A stretch of DNA of 64,000 nt from Halarcobacter sp. (GTDB lineage: Bacteria; Campylobacterota; Campylobacteria; Campylobacterales; Arcobacteraceae): assembly GCA_963676565.1 (NCBI GenBank), contig OY781089.1, positions 2,208,001-2,272,000 of the forward strand, in the 5' to 3' direction. Shown here piece after piece: positions 20,605 to 29,235 of this stretch (position 1 is its first letter; each line of letters starts with the position of its first letter). The notes beneath the pieces are model-generated. The model saw only the letters and a program-made list of their open reading frames with translations, searched no databases and had not been told where the DNA came from. Position numbers and translations under genes: made by a program.

Positions 20605-21417
20605 ATGGATATAAATAGTATTAATAATAATTTAACAAACTCCTTAAATAGTGTACCAAATCAACAAGTTGGTGCTTCAAATAAAACAGAAACCATTAAT
20701 AGAAATGAAGATTCTTTTTCCCTTTCAATTAATGAATATAATAAAAAAAGAGATGAATTATCTGCCTCTTTACAAACTTTTAATGAAGGTATTGGTGTTG
20801 CAATTACTGCTCAAAATGGTATTGAAAAACAAAAAGAAACCTTACAAAAAATAAGTGATAAATTAACTTTCAGAGAAGAAGATTTACAAAATAACGTTGA
20901 CAAAAATCAAGTTAAAAATGAGATAAATCAAGAGCTTTTAAACTTTAGAGAAATTGCATTTGAAACAACTTATAAAAGAGAAAATTTGTTATATGTTGAT
21001 CAATATGATGAAACAACTTCAATTGATATCTCTACAAAAGAAGCATATTTTTCAATGGATAAACCTAACACTCCTGAAGTAGCTATTGCAATTGGAAATG
21101 CAGTAAGTAAAAATGATTTAAACAATCAAGAACAACTAAATGAAACAATTGAAATTGTGAAAGAAGGTATTAAAGCCCTTGATAATGTTCAATCACAATT
21201 TCAAGATTTAAGAACTAATCTTGTGGAAAGTGCTAGAGAATCAATTCAGGAACAAAAAGATTTAACAAATCAAAATAGAATTACAAAACAATATGACTTC
21301 CCAAAAGAAGTTACAGATTTTACTAAATCAAATGTTATAGCAAATGCTGGATATTTGGCTGCTTCACAGGCAAATATTGTTCAAGAGCAAAGTGTAAAAT
21401 TAGTTGGTGTTAGATAG
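20605..21417 (+). CDS. Divergent flagellin-like protein
   Basis: Q.FNEGIG..ITAQNGI helix like the flagellin N-domain; DF.KEVTDFTK.N...AG.LAASQAN like the flagellin C-terminal D0; RBS AAGGAG. Confidence 0.75.
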   Translation: MDINSINNNLTNSLNSVPNQQVGASNKTETINRNEDSFSLSINEYNKKRDELSASLQTFNEGIGVAITAQNGIEKQKETLQKISDKLTFREEDLQNNVDKNQVKNEINQELLNFREIAFETTYKRENLLYVDQYDETTSIDISTKEAYFSMDKPNTPEVAIAIGNAVSKNDLNNQEQLNETIEIVKEGIKALDNVQSQFQDLRTNLVESARESIQEQKDLTNQNRITKQYDFPKEVTDFTKSNVIANAGYLAASQANIVQEQSVKLVGVR

Positions 21418-22330
21418 ATTTATTTATACAATAATCTATCGCAACACCTTCCCTTAATCCATCATCTAAAACAATAGATTCTTTCTTTTCTAAAACTTCA
21501 AAAATAGTTTTATATATATAAATACCCACTTCAATAAACTCTACTCTACCACGTCCAACTAGATTTGTAATAGTTTCGTTATTTGAATTTTTAAACATTT
21601 CTAAGGATTCATCTAAATCTTTTATATTTACTATTGTTCCATTAACTTCATCTTTATCATAATGGAAAAAATCTTGTCCCAGTTTTATAGCAGCAATAGT
21701 TGTAGGTGTTCCAGCAGTTGCTACAAAGGTATAATCTTTTAAATTAATATCTAATTCATCTAAAAAAAGTTTTATCTCTTTTTTCCAATTTTCTAATTCA
21801 TCCATTAACTTATCGTTAGATAGATATTTTTGAGTAAGTGTTACAATGCCAAAATTAAAACTTTTTGATTTAAAACTATCCCTATCATTTAGAATAATCT
21901 CCGTTGAGCCACCACCAATATCTAAAAGAACAAATTTAGAGGAATTTATCTTTTCTCTTTTTAATGCATATTTAACAGCTAAAAGTGTTAATCTAGCTTC
22001 CTCTTTCCCATCTATTATCTTAAATCTTGCACCTGTAGTTTTCTCAAAATGTTTTAATACATCATCTCTATTTGAAGCTAATCTCATTGCAGCAGTTGTT
22101 ACACAAACTGCAGTATTTGGATCATATTCTAATTTTTTAGATGAACGTATAATTGCATCAATTACTCTTTCTTGGGCTTCAATAGAGATATTACCAGTTT
22201 CATTTAAACCATCAGCCATACCAACAACTTCATTATATTCGTTAATAATTTTGTGATTTAAACAATCATAAATCAAGACTCTAAAAGAATTAGAGCCTAA
22301 ATCAATAGTTGTTACTTTATTCATGTACAA
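21410..22330 (-). CDS. Ppx/GppA phosphatase family protein (short form without HD domain)
   Basis: IDLGSNSFR, TAAMR.A.N, EEARL, DIGGGSTE, GLREG. Confidence 0.93.
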   Translation of the reverse strand: MYMNKVTTIDLGSNSFRVLIYDCLNHKIINEYNEVVGMADGLNETGNISIEAQERVIDAIIRSSKKLEYDPNTAVCVTTAAMRLASNRDDVLKHFEKTTGARFKIIDGKEEARLTLLAVKYALKREKINSSKFVLLDIGGGSTEIILNDRDSFKSKSFNFGIVTLTQKYLSNDKLMDELENWKKEIKLFLDELDINLKDYTFVATAGTPTTIAAIKLGQDFFHYDKDEVNGTIVNIKDLDESLEMFKNSNNETITNLVGRGRVEFIEVGIYIYKTIFEVLEKKESIVLDDGLREGVAIDYCINKSI

Positions 22331-22334
22331 ATTT

Positions 22335-22892
22335 CTATGGGTGAGGAATTTTCATTTTAGAATTTAATGACCAACCAATTAATATCATTAAAATAAGAAC
22401 AACATTTTCATTCATAATACCAGTTAGCCAAACAAGATAAACTACCCATAAAAGAATAGCTCCTAAAGGTGTTGGCACGCCTGTAAAATATTTTTCTACT
22501 ATACCCTCTTCAGCATTTATATTAAACTGAATTAACCGTCTAAGACCTGAGATTACATAATAAATAAAAGCAAATGCAACAAGTGGCGTAAATAACATAA
22601 GTTCTTTTGTGTCAATTATTGCAAAATAGATAAACATAGTTGGAACTATAACAAAAGATAAGAAATCAGCAAATGAGTCTAATTGAATACCAAACTCTGT
22701 TGAAAGATTATATTTTCTTGCAATTTTTCCATCAACAATATCAAATCCTCCTGCTAACCATGCAAAAAGTGCAGCAGCAAAAAATTCATTATGAGTTAAA
22801 AAATATATAGCCATAATACCTGCTGAGATGTTAAAAAAAGTTGCCAAATTAGCTAAATTAAAATGGCTATTTTTATTAAAAAGAAATGTCAT
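22335..22892 (-). CDS. CDP-alcohol phosphatidyltransferase (PssA-like)
   Basis: DIVDGKIAR...G..LDSFAD signature; FTGVPTP. Confidence 0.9.
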   Translation of the reverse strand: MTFLFNKNSHFNLANLATFFNISAGIMAIYFLTHNEFFAAALFAWLAGGFDIVDGKIARKYNLSTEFGIQLDSFADFLSFVIVPTMFIYFAIIDTKELMLFTPLVAFAFIYYVISGLRRLIQFNINAEEGIVEKYFTGVPTPLGAILLWVVYLVWLTGIMNENVVLILMILIGWSLNSKMKIPHP

Positions 22893-24013
22893 TAGTTCCC
22901 TTCGTTTTCATAGATTGTATACTGATTTCTACCGTTTTGTTTTGACAGATAAAGCGATTCATCAGCAATTTTGTATAATCTATTACAAGATACATAAGAG
23001 TTTGCTTCATAAATAACAGCTCCTATTGATATTGTAACAATGTTTGATATTTTACTATTTTTATGCTCAATATTTAATGATTCGATATTTTTGTTAACAT
23101 CTTTTAAGCATTCTTCCAGGGTTTCTTTATCAATATCAAATAATATTACTCCAAACTCTTCCCCACCTAATCTAAAAACATACTCATAGTCTTTATTAAA
23201 ATATGCTTTTAAAGAATTAGCTACAGCTTTTAAAGTTATATCACCCATATCATGGCCATAAGTATCGTTATACTGCTTAAAAAAATCAATATCTAACATA
23301 ACAAATGCAGTATTCCATTTATTTGCATTAGAGATAAATGGCATATTGTCAAATATTTGGTCAAAATACTTTCTATTATAAAGTGATGTCATAGCATCTG
23401 TAATTGATTCCATTTTATATTTTTTTGTAAGAATTTTTAATTGATTATCTTTTTTTATAATAGAATAAATAATTAAGGCAATAAATAAAAATGATATAAA
23501 TACTAAGATAACCATATTGTAAAAAAGGTAGTCTTTCATTGAAGAATACTCTTTTAAAAATGCTTTACGTTTTTCATAAGCAACATCTTTTTCATGTTTT
23601 TTTAAAAAGTTGATTTTTTTTATAACATCTTTATATTCAAATATTTTTGTTTTATCATTTAAAGAATTGTTTACATCTATACTAATTTTATCAACAACTT
23701 TTCTTTCTTCATCACCTTTAAAAGCGTTATCATAATAATTCCACTCTTTTTTTATCTCTTTAAAAAAGGGTTCCCTATTGCATTTTTTATGTGTTCTCAT
23801 ACAAGTAATTAGATTCTCGAAGTTATCTTCTATTGTGTGAAGTTTTAAAACTGGGATATAATTACCAAAATAGATATAGTCTATTCTTTTTTTTAATTTA
23901 TCAATCTGAGAATTAAACATAAAACTAGAAATAAGTAATGAAACTAAAATTATAAAACTTAAAATAGCTAGCTTAAAAATAGTACTTTTATAAAATTCTT
24001 TATTAATTTTCAT
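22892..24013 (-). CDS. Membrane diguanylate cyclase with a periplasmic four-helix sensor domain
   Basis: Two TM helices; DID.FKQYND.YGH..GD and RLGGEEF; no RxxD I-site. Confidence 0.92.
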   Translation of the reverse strand: MKINKEFYKSTIFKLAILSFIILVSLLISSFMFNSQIDKLKKRIDYIYFGNYIPVLKLHTIEDNFENLITCMRTHKKCNREPFFKEIKKEWNYYDNAFKGDEERKVVDKISIDVNNSLNDKTKIFEYKDVIKKINFLKKHEKDVAYEKRKAFLKEYSSMKDYLFYNMVILVFISFLFIALIIYSIIKKDNQLKILTKKYKMESITDAMTSLYNRKYFDQIFDNMPFISNANKWNTAFVMLDIDFFKQYNDTYGHDMGDITLKAVANSLKAYFNKDYEYVFRLGGEEFGVILFDIDKETLEECLKDVNKNIESLNIEHKNSKISNIVTISIGAVIYEANSYVSCNRLYKIADESLYLSKQNGRNQYTIYENEGN

Positions 24014-24117
24014 GGGCGAATTATATCAAATAATTTATTATAAGTGATTATTTTTAACTTAACTTGTGCTTAATAATCTATTGGATATAATCGCGACTTT
24101 CAAAGAAAGGTATTAAT

Positions 24118-25662
24118 TTGTTAAATATTAAAAATACATTTATAGGTCAATCTGTAAAAAGTGATGTATTATCTGGAATTGTTGTTGCAATTGCTTTAGT
24201 TCCTGAAGCAATTGCATTTTCAATTATAGCTGGAGTTTCTCCCTTAGTTGGATTGTACACAGCTTTCATATTAGGTTTAATTACAGCTCTAGTTGGTGGT
24301 AAAGCTGGAATGATAAGTGGTGCAACGGGAGCTATTGCAGTTGTTCTTGTAGGGCTTGGGGTAAAAGTTAAAGAATCTTTATCCCCTGAAATGTTACAGC
24401 AACTAAGTGCAAATGGTGAACTATCAACTTACATTTTACAATATATTCTTGTTGCAACAATTATAGCTGGAATAATTCAAGTTTCAATTGGTGCTTTTAG
24501 GTTAGGTAAATTGATTAGACTTGTACCACAACCAGCTATGTATGGTTTTGTAAATGGTCTTGCAATTGTTATAGCAATGGCTCAATTTCCACTATTTGAA
24601 GGTGAAAATTGGATTATGTATGTACTTGTAGCCTCAACAATGATTATAGTTAAATTTTTTCCGAAAATTTCAACAGCAATTCCTTCAGGATTAGTTGCGA
24701 TTGTAGTGATTTCAGCAATTGTTATTGGTATGGATTTAGATACAAAAAGAGTTGGTGATTTAGCAAATATTTCAGGAAATCTTCCAAGTTTTGCAATCCC
24801 AACCTTACATATAACAATGGAGTCTATAATTACAGTATTACCATATTCGATTTTAGTTGCTTTAGTTGGACTAATTGAATCTTTACTAACACTTTCTGTT
24901 TTAGATGAAATGGGTGGAAACAGAGGAAGTGGAAACCAAGAATGTATTGCTCAAGGAAGTGGAAATATTATTTGTGGTTTTTTTGGAGGAATGGCAGGTT
25001 GTGCAATGATTGGACAATCAATTATTAACTTTTCAAATGGAGGATGGGGAAGATTATCGGGTGTAACAGCTGCAGTTTTATTAATCTCTTTTGTTGTTTC
25101 TTTATCTTCTTATATTGCTATGATTCCTGTTGCAGTTTTAGTTGGAATTATGTTTATGGTTTCAATTGGTACTTTTGAATGGGAGAGCGGAAATAGAATT
25201 AGATTTATGCCAAACTCTGATAAGTTTGTTTTAGTTGCTGTTACTGTTATCACAATCTTTGCAGACTTAGCAATTGCCGTAATTACAGGTATTATAATCT
25301 CTGCTCTTGTATTCGCATGGAATCACTCTAAAGTTAGATCAAGAACATATAGAGAAAATGAAAATACAAAAGTTTATGAATTTGATGGTCCTTTATTTTT
25401 TGGTTCAACAACTTCATTTTTTGAACTTTTTGATACAAAACATGATCCTGAAAATATTGTATTAGATTTTAAAAATGCAAGAGTAATGGATATTTCAGGT
25501 GTTGAGGCAATTGATAATATAACAAAAAAATATGCTGATATGGGCAAAAAACTTGTTATTAGACATTTAAGTAAAGATTGTAAACAAATACTTAAAAATG
25601 CTGGTCCTTTTTGTACTTATGAAGAGGATGATCCAAACTACAAAGTTGCTATCGACTACTAA
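24118..25662 (+). CDS. SulP family inorganic anion transporter with STAS domain
   Basis: ALVPEAIAF, MISGATGA, GGMAGCAMIGQS, GPLFFGS. Confidence 0.93.
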   Translation: MLNIKNTFIGQSVKSDVLSGIVVAIALVPEAIAFSIIAGVSPLVGLYTAFILGLITALVGGKAGMISGATGAIAVVLVGLGVKVKESLSPEMLQQLSANGELSTYILQYILVATIIAGIIQVSIGAFRLGKLIRLVPQPAMYGFVNGLAIVIAMAQFPLFEGENWIMYVLVASTMIIVKFFPKISTAIPSGLVAIVVISAIVIGMDLDTKRVGDLANISGNLPSFAIPTLHITMESIITVLPYSILVALVGLIESLLTLSVLDEMGGNRGSGNQECIAQGSGNIICGFFGGMAGCAMIGQSIINFSNGGWGRLSGVTAAVLLISFVVSLSSYIAMIPVAVLVGIMFMVSIGTFEWESGNRIRFMPNSDKFVLVAVTVITIFADLAIAVITGIIISALVFAWNHSKVRSRTYRENENTKVYEFDGPLFFGSTTSFFELFDTKHDPENIVLDFKNARVMDISGVEAIDNITKKYADMGKKLVIRHLSKDCKQILKNAGPFCTYEEDDPNYKVAIDY

Positions 25663-25667
25663 AATTT

Positions 25668-25693
25668 AAGGGATAAAATTAATTTTATCCCTT
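25668..25693 (+). terminator. Intrinsic terminator after SulP gene
   Basis: Inverted repeat AAGGGATAAAAT/ATTTTATCCCTT followed by a T-rich tract. Confidence 0.75.
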
Positions 25694-25752
25694 TCTTTAC
25701 TTTTATTTTTTTCTTTGATATAATCCTATAAATATACAAAAATGAGTTCGTT

Positions 25753-26040
25753 ATGGAAATAAATAATAATTTATCAAGTTCTTCTTCAATATATATGCAA
25801 TTGGCTCAAAAAAGAGCGCAATTATCTAGTATTGACAGACAAGAGATAAGTAAATCAACCCAAGATTCCTATGATAAATTAAATGAATCTAACTCTACCT
25901 ATGATAAACAAGAGTATCAAGTAAGCTTAGATGTATCAACTTCTGTAAATGAATTAGGTTCTGCTGATGCACAAATATCTAGAAGTGCAAACTTAAACAA
26001 AATGTTACTTCAAAGTATTGGAGGAAATTATGAGAATTGA
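25753..26040 (+). CDS. Hypothetical protein (possible internally deleted SprA-related family protein)
   Basis: 95-aa ORF with tgaTATAAT promoter upstream; overlaps the next gene; family call from recall only. Confidence 0.6.
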   Translation: MEINNNLSSSSSIYMQLAQKRAQLSSIDRQEISKSTQDSYDKLNESNSTYDKQEYQVSLDVSTSVNELGSADAQISRSANLNKMLLQSIGGNYEN

Positions 26041-26281
26041 TAATAATTTAAATGGTATGCTAGCAGCTCAAATACAAGTAAATCAAAATGCACAAACAAT
26101 TGCAAGTACAACAAAAAGCTCAACAGATATTGAAAATCAAGAGACTTTACCTTCAAATACTCAAGATTTTACAAACGCTATGGTTGATATGATACCTCAA
26201 ACAATAGCCTATGAAGCAAATGCAAATGGGATAAAAACAAAAGACGAGATGATGTCTACAATTTTAGATATAAAGGCTTAA
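26030..26281 (+). CDS. Small protein with a flagellar basal-body rod C-terminal domain
   Basis: DFTNAMVDMI....AYEANA..IKT.DEMM..ILDIKA matches the rod/hook C-terminal helix; GGAGG RBS places the start at 26030. Confidence 0.85.
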   Translation: MRIDNNLNGMLAAQIQVNQNAQTIASTTKSSTDIENQETLPSNTQDFTNAMVDMIPQTIAYEANANGIKTKDEMMSTILDIKA

Positions 26282-26282
26282 A

Positions 26283-26714
26283 ATGGATAAAATTAATATT
26301 GTTTGCCCTCACTGCAAAAAAATTAATTCAATACCAAAAAAAGATTCTTATTCAAAAGCAAATTGTGGTTCTTGTAAAAACTCACTTCTTGATACAACAC
26401 CAATTGAATTGGATGAAAGTAACTTTGATCATGTTGTAGTTAACTCACAAATACCTGTTATAGTTGATTTTTGGGCTCCTTGGTGTGGACCATGTAAAAT
26501 GTTTGCGCCTATTTATAATGAAACATCTCAAAAATATCCTTTAAAAGCATTATTTACAAAGGTAAATACAGAAGAACAGCAAAATTTAGGTGCTAAATAT
26601 GGTATTAGATCAATTCCTACATTAGTGGTTTATAAAAATGGTGTTGAAGTAAAAAGAGTAAGTGGAGCACTTGACCCATTAAGATTAGCTAATTTAGTTA
26701 ATGAATTTATATAA
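26283..26714 (+). CDS. trxC: Thioredoxin 2 (zinc-finger thioredoxin)
   Basis: CPHC...CGSC zinc finger plus WCGPC active site. Confidence 0.93.
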   Translation: MDKINIVCPHCKKINSIPKKDSYSKANCGSCKNSLLDTTPIELDESNFDHVVVNSQIPVIVDFWAPWCGPCKMFAPIYNETSQKYPLKALFTKVNTEEQQNLGAKYGIRSIPTLVVYKNGVEVKRVSGALDPLRLANLVNEFI

Positions 26715-26715
26715 A

Positions 26716-27450
26716 CTATTTTCTTAAAACTAAAATACCTGGAGTTTTTTTAATATAGTCAACAAAAAGTTCATCAACAACTTTTCTATTAGATTTTTTA
26801 CTTGAAGCATGTCTAAAAAAGGTTTTGCCATCTTTTTTTACAATCATTCCAGTGTGTGTTACATCTAAGCCATTTAAAGGGGTGTAAATACCTATATAAT
26901 CTCCACTTTGAAGTTTGATTAAGATATCTTTTGTGATGTATTTAGGTTCTAAGTATTCTATTTCTCTTTTATTTATATCAATACCTTTTAGAAACAAATC
27001 TTTATCATTTTTTTTGTTTAAATATTTTATTTGTTTTTTTGTATTTTTTGATAAGTTTGAAGTGATATTCTCAAAACCATTTTGTGTTATCCAATCTGTA
27101 AAAAAATGGTTTCTATTTTTAAAAGAGATTGTAGAATTTTTATATCTGAGAGAAATTAGATTTTTTTTAAAGCTTTCAAAATCATTTGAATTTTTAATAG
27201 CCTCAATATAATCAACATAGGTAAAGCAGTCAAGATTTGCTAAATCTATAACTAGTTTTTCTTTTTTTGATGATGAGCCTATTAAAACATTTGCTTTATA
27301 AGAAGTGTTTAGAAAAGCACTTGATATTTCATCTATCGATTTCTCTTTTTCTAAAAACTTATTGAAGCTATTTTTACTCCAATTACCAAGGTTTACATCT
27401 TGAGCAAATAAGGAAAAGACTAAAAAAGAAAAAAGAAAAATAAATTTCAT
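26716..27450 (-). CDS. DUF1460 / AmiA-like permuted NlpC/P60 amidase, secreted
   Basis: Signal peptide; LDCFTYVD, RNHFFTDW, GLDVTHTG, HASS motifs. Confidence 0.85.
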   Translation of the reverse strand: MKFIFLFSFLVFSLFAQDVNLGNWSKNSFNKFLEKEKSIDEISSAFLNTSYKANVLIGSSSKKEKLVIDLANLDCFTYVDYIEAIKNSNDFESFKKNLISLRYKNSTISFKNRNHFFTDWITQNGFENITSNLSKNTKKQIKYLNKKNDKDLFLKGIDINKREIEYLEPKYITKDILIKLQSGDYIGIYTPLNGLDVTHTGMIVKKDGKTFFRHASSKKSNRKVVDELFVDYIKKTPGILVLRK

Positions 27451-27451
27451 A

Positions 27452-27946
27452 TCATCTATTTTCTTTTATAAATTTAAAAAAATCATTCATTTGAGTTTCA
27501 TTGAAAATAGTTATACCATTTTCACTAAGAAGTTTAGCTGTTAAACCTTGTCCTTCTATAAAGTTTCCACTAAAGCTTCCATCATAGATTTGAGTATTTC
27601 CACAAGATGGAGAATTGGACTTTAAAAGTGCTAATTTAATATCTTCATTTTTACACAATTCAAGGGTATTTTTAGCTCCTAATAAAAAGTTTATTGTTAC
27701 ATCCTTTCCTTCTTTATTTTTTACAATAAAAGGTTTTTGTCTTGAAACAATTTCTGATGGAACTCTTGGAGTTGGTAAGCCTCCACTAACTTCAGGACAA
27801 AATGAGTAAATCTCATTAGAACAAAGGATATCCATAAAACGTTCTTTTTGAGAAAAAGTAAAAGTTGAATTATAAGCTATAGATGAATTATCACCATCAT
27901 ATCTAACGTTTTCACCTAAAAGGCAAGAAGAGATTAATATTTTCAT
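27452..27946 (-). CDS. DUF523 / 2-thiouracil desulfidase (TudS) family Fe-S protein
   Basis: SSCLLG..VRYDG, CPEV.GGL..PR, KS.SPSCG motifs. Confidence 0.9.
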   Translation of the reverse strand: MKILISSCLLGENVRYDGDNSSIAYNSTFTFSQKERFMDILCSNEIYSFCPEVSGGLPTPRVPSEIVSRQKPFIVKNKEGKDVTINFLLGAKNTLELCKNEDIKLALLKSNSPSCGNTQIYDGSFSGNFIEGQGLTAKLLSENGITIFNETQMNDFFKFIKENR

Positions 27947-28704
27947 TAATCTCTATCCAATAACTCTTTATCAAAAAAAGTTGATGTCTGAATATTATTA
28001 AATGCTGCTTTCATTGAGATAAACATTTGAGGATTATCCTCTTCCATCTTTTCTAAAAGTTCTTTTGTTTTAGCTCTTGCATATGGCATTTTAATATCAA
28101 ATCTCATAGCTGGACAAGCTTCATCTCCAATAACCATAATCTCATTTGTTTGAGCAAAAGCTCTTAGTTGTCTTTCTCTACAAAATATAAGTGGTCTAAT
28201 AACTTCTAAACCATTTTCAGCCTTATAAGCTGGTGGCATAGATCTTAAAGCACCATTGTATAAAAAGTTCATAAAAAATGACTCCATAGCATCATCAAGG
28301 TGATGTCCTAGGGCAAGTTTATTGTAACCTTGTTCCAATGCAGTTGAATATAAATACCCTCTTCTCATTCTAGAAAAAAACGAACAAAATGAAGAATTCT
28401 TTCTAATCTTTTCTTTTGATAATTCAAAGATTTCAGTATCAATAATCTCGTGTTCAATTCCATGTTCTTTGCAATGATCAGCTAAAAATTGAACTTGTTC
28501 ACCCATACCATAAGTAACGGTTACAGCTTTAAATTCAAAATTAAATGGTGTAACTCTTTTTAAATGATTTAAAGCATGAATAAGTGTTGTTGAGTCTTTT
28601 CCACCTGAAAACCCAACTAAAACTTTGTCACCCTCTTTTATAAGTCCATACTCTGCGTTTGTCTTACCTACTACTTTTGAAATTTTTTTACTTAACTCTA
28701 CCAA
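27946..28704 (-). CDS. ttcA: tRNA 2-thiocytidine biosynthesis protein TtcA
   Basis: PP-loop SGGKDS, CSFFSRMRRG, GHHLDD, IRPL; TTG start. Confidence 0.88.
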   Translation of the reverse strand: MVELSKKISKVVGKTNAEYGLIKEGDKVLVGFSGGKDSTTLIHALNHLKRVTPFNFEFKAVTVTYGMGEQVQFLADHCKEHGIEHEIIDTEIFELSKEKIRKNSSFCSFFSRMRRGYLYSTALEQGYNKLALGHHLDDAMESFFMNFLYNGALRSMPPAYKAENGLEVIRPLIFCRERQLRAFAQTNEIMVIGDEACPAMRFDIKMPYARAKTKELLEKMEEDNPQMFISMKAAFNNIQTSTFFDKELLDRD

Positions 28705-28848
28705 AATAAATATTTCCTATAATTTTTTCGCGATTATAACATAATTTACTCAAATTTCAATTATGATAAAAACAAGTAGACAGATTAACTATTATTTTAG
28801 GTAATTTAATTATAATTTGAGTCCAAGTTTAAAAAAAAGAATTAATAT

Positions 28849-29049
28849 ATGACTCAAGAAGAGATACAAGAATTTAAAGAAACAATCGCTAAGAATATAA
28901 TGCCACTAGTTCAGAATATGACTGAAGAACAAATTAAAAATACTATTGTAAATGTAGAAAAAAATAATCCTGATTTACCAAAGGGATTTGGAAATATGCT
29001 TTTCGAGCAAATAATGATTTTAAAATTTATTAGAAAAAGTCAACAGTAG
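28849..29049 (+). CDS. Small hypothetical protein (66 aa)
   Basis: ATG ORF divergent from ttcA with TATAAT upstream; helical composition. Confidence 0.65.
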   Translation: MTQEEIQEFKETIAKNIMPLVQNMTEEQIKNTIVNVEKNNPDLPKGFGNMLFEQIMILKFIRKSQQ

Positions 29050-29051
29050 TT

Positions 29052-29148
29052 GAAAAGAAAGATTAACATTAAAGAAGCAGACAAATATAATCTATTAAGG
29101 AGTGGGAGTAGGAATATAAAGTTATAGATGCCTGTTCTTTATTGTTAA
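29052..29148 (-). ncRNA. Candidate small RNA: long hairpin with C/U-rich loop
   Basis: Imperfect inverted repeat of about 25 bp (29063-29090 / 29122-29148); TGtTATCAT extended -10 at 29152-29160 on the minus strand; U-rich tail. Confidence 0.55.
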
Positions 29149-29200
29149 AGAATGATAACAAGAAAAAGTGTCTAAAAAGTAGTGAAATTAGATTTTTTTC

Positions 29201-29231
29201 AAAAAATGCTATGATTTTCATCATAGCATTT
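29201..29231 (-). terminator. Intrinsic terminator after putA
   Basis: AAATGCTATGA/TCATAGCATTT inverted repeat plus U-run on the minus strand. Confidence 0.8.
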
Positions 29232-29235
29232 AATT

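Noticed and set aside
28849..29148. Type I toxin-antitoxin interpretation of the 66-aa ORF and antisense hairpin
   Set aside because: The protein lacks a hydrophobic helix and the RNA does not overlap its RBS or coding region
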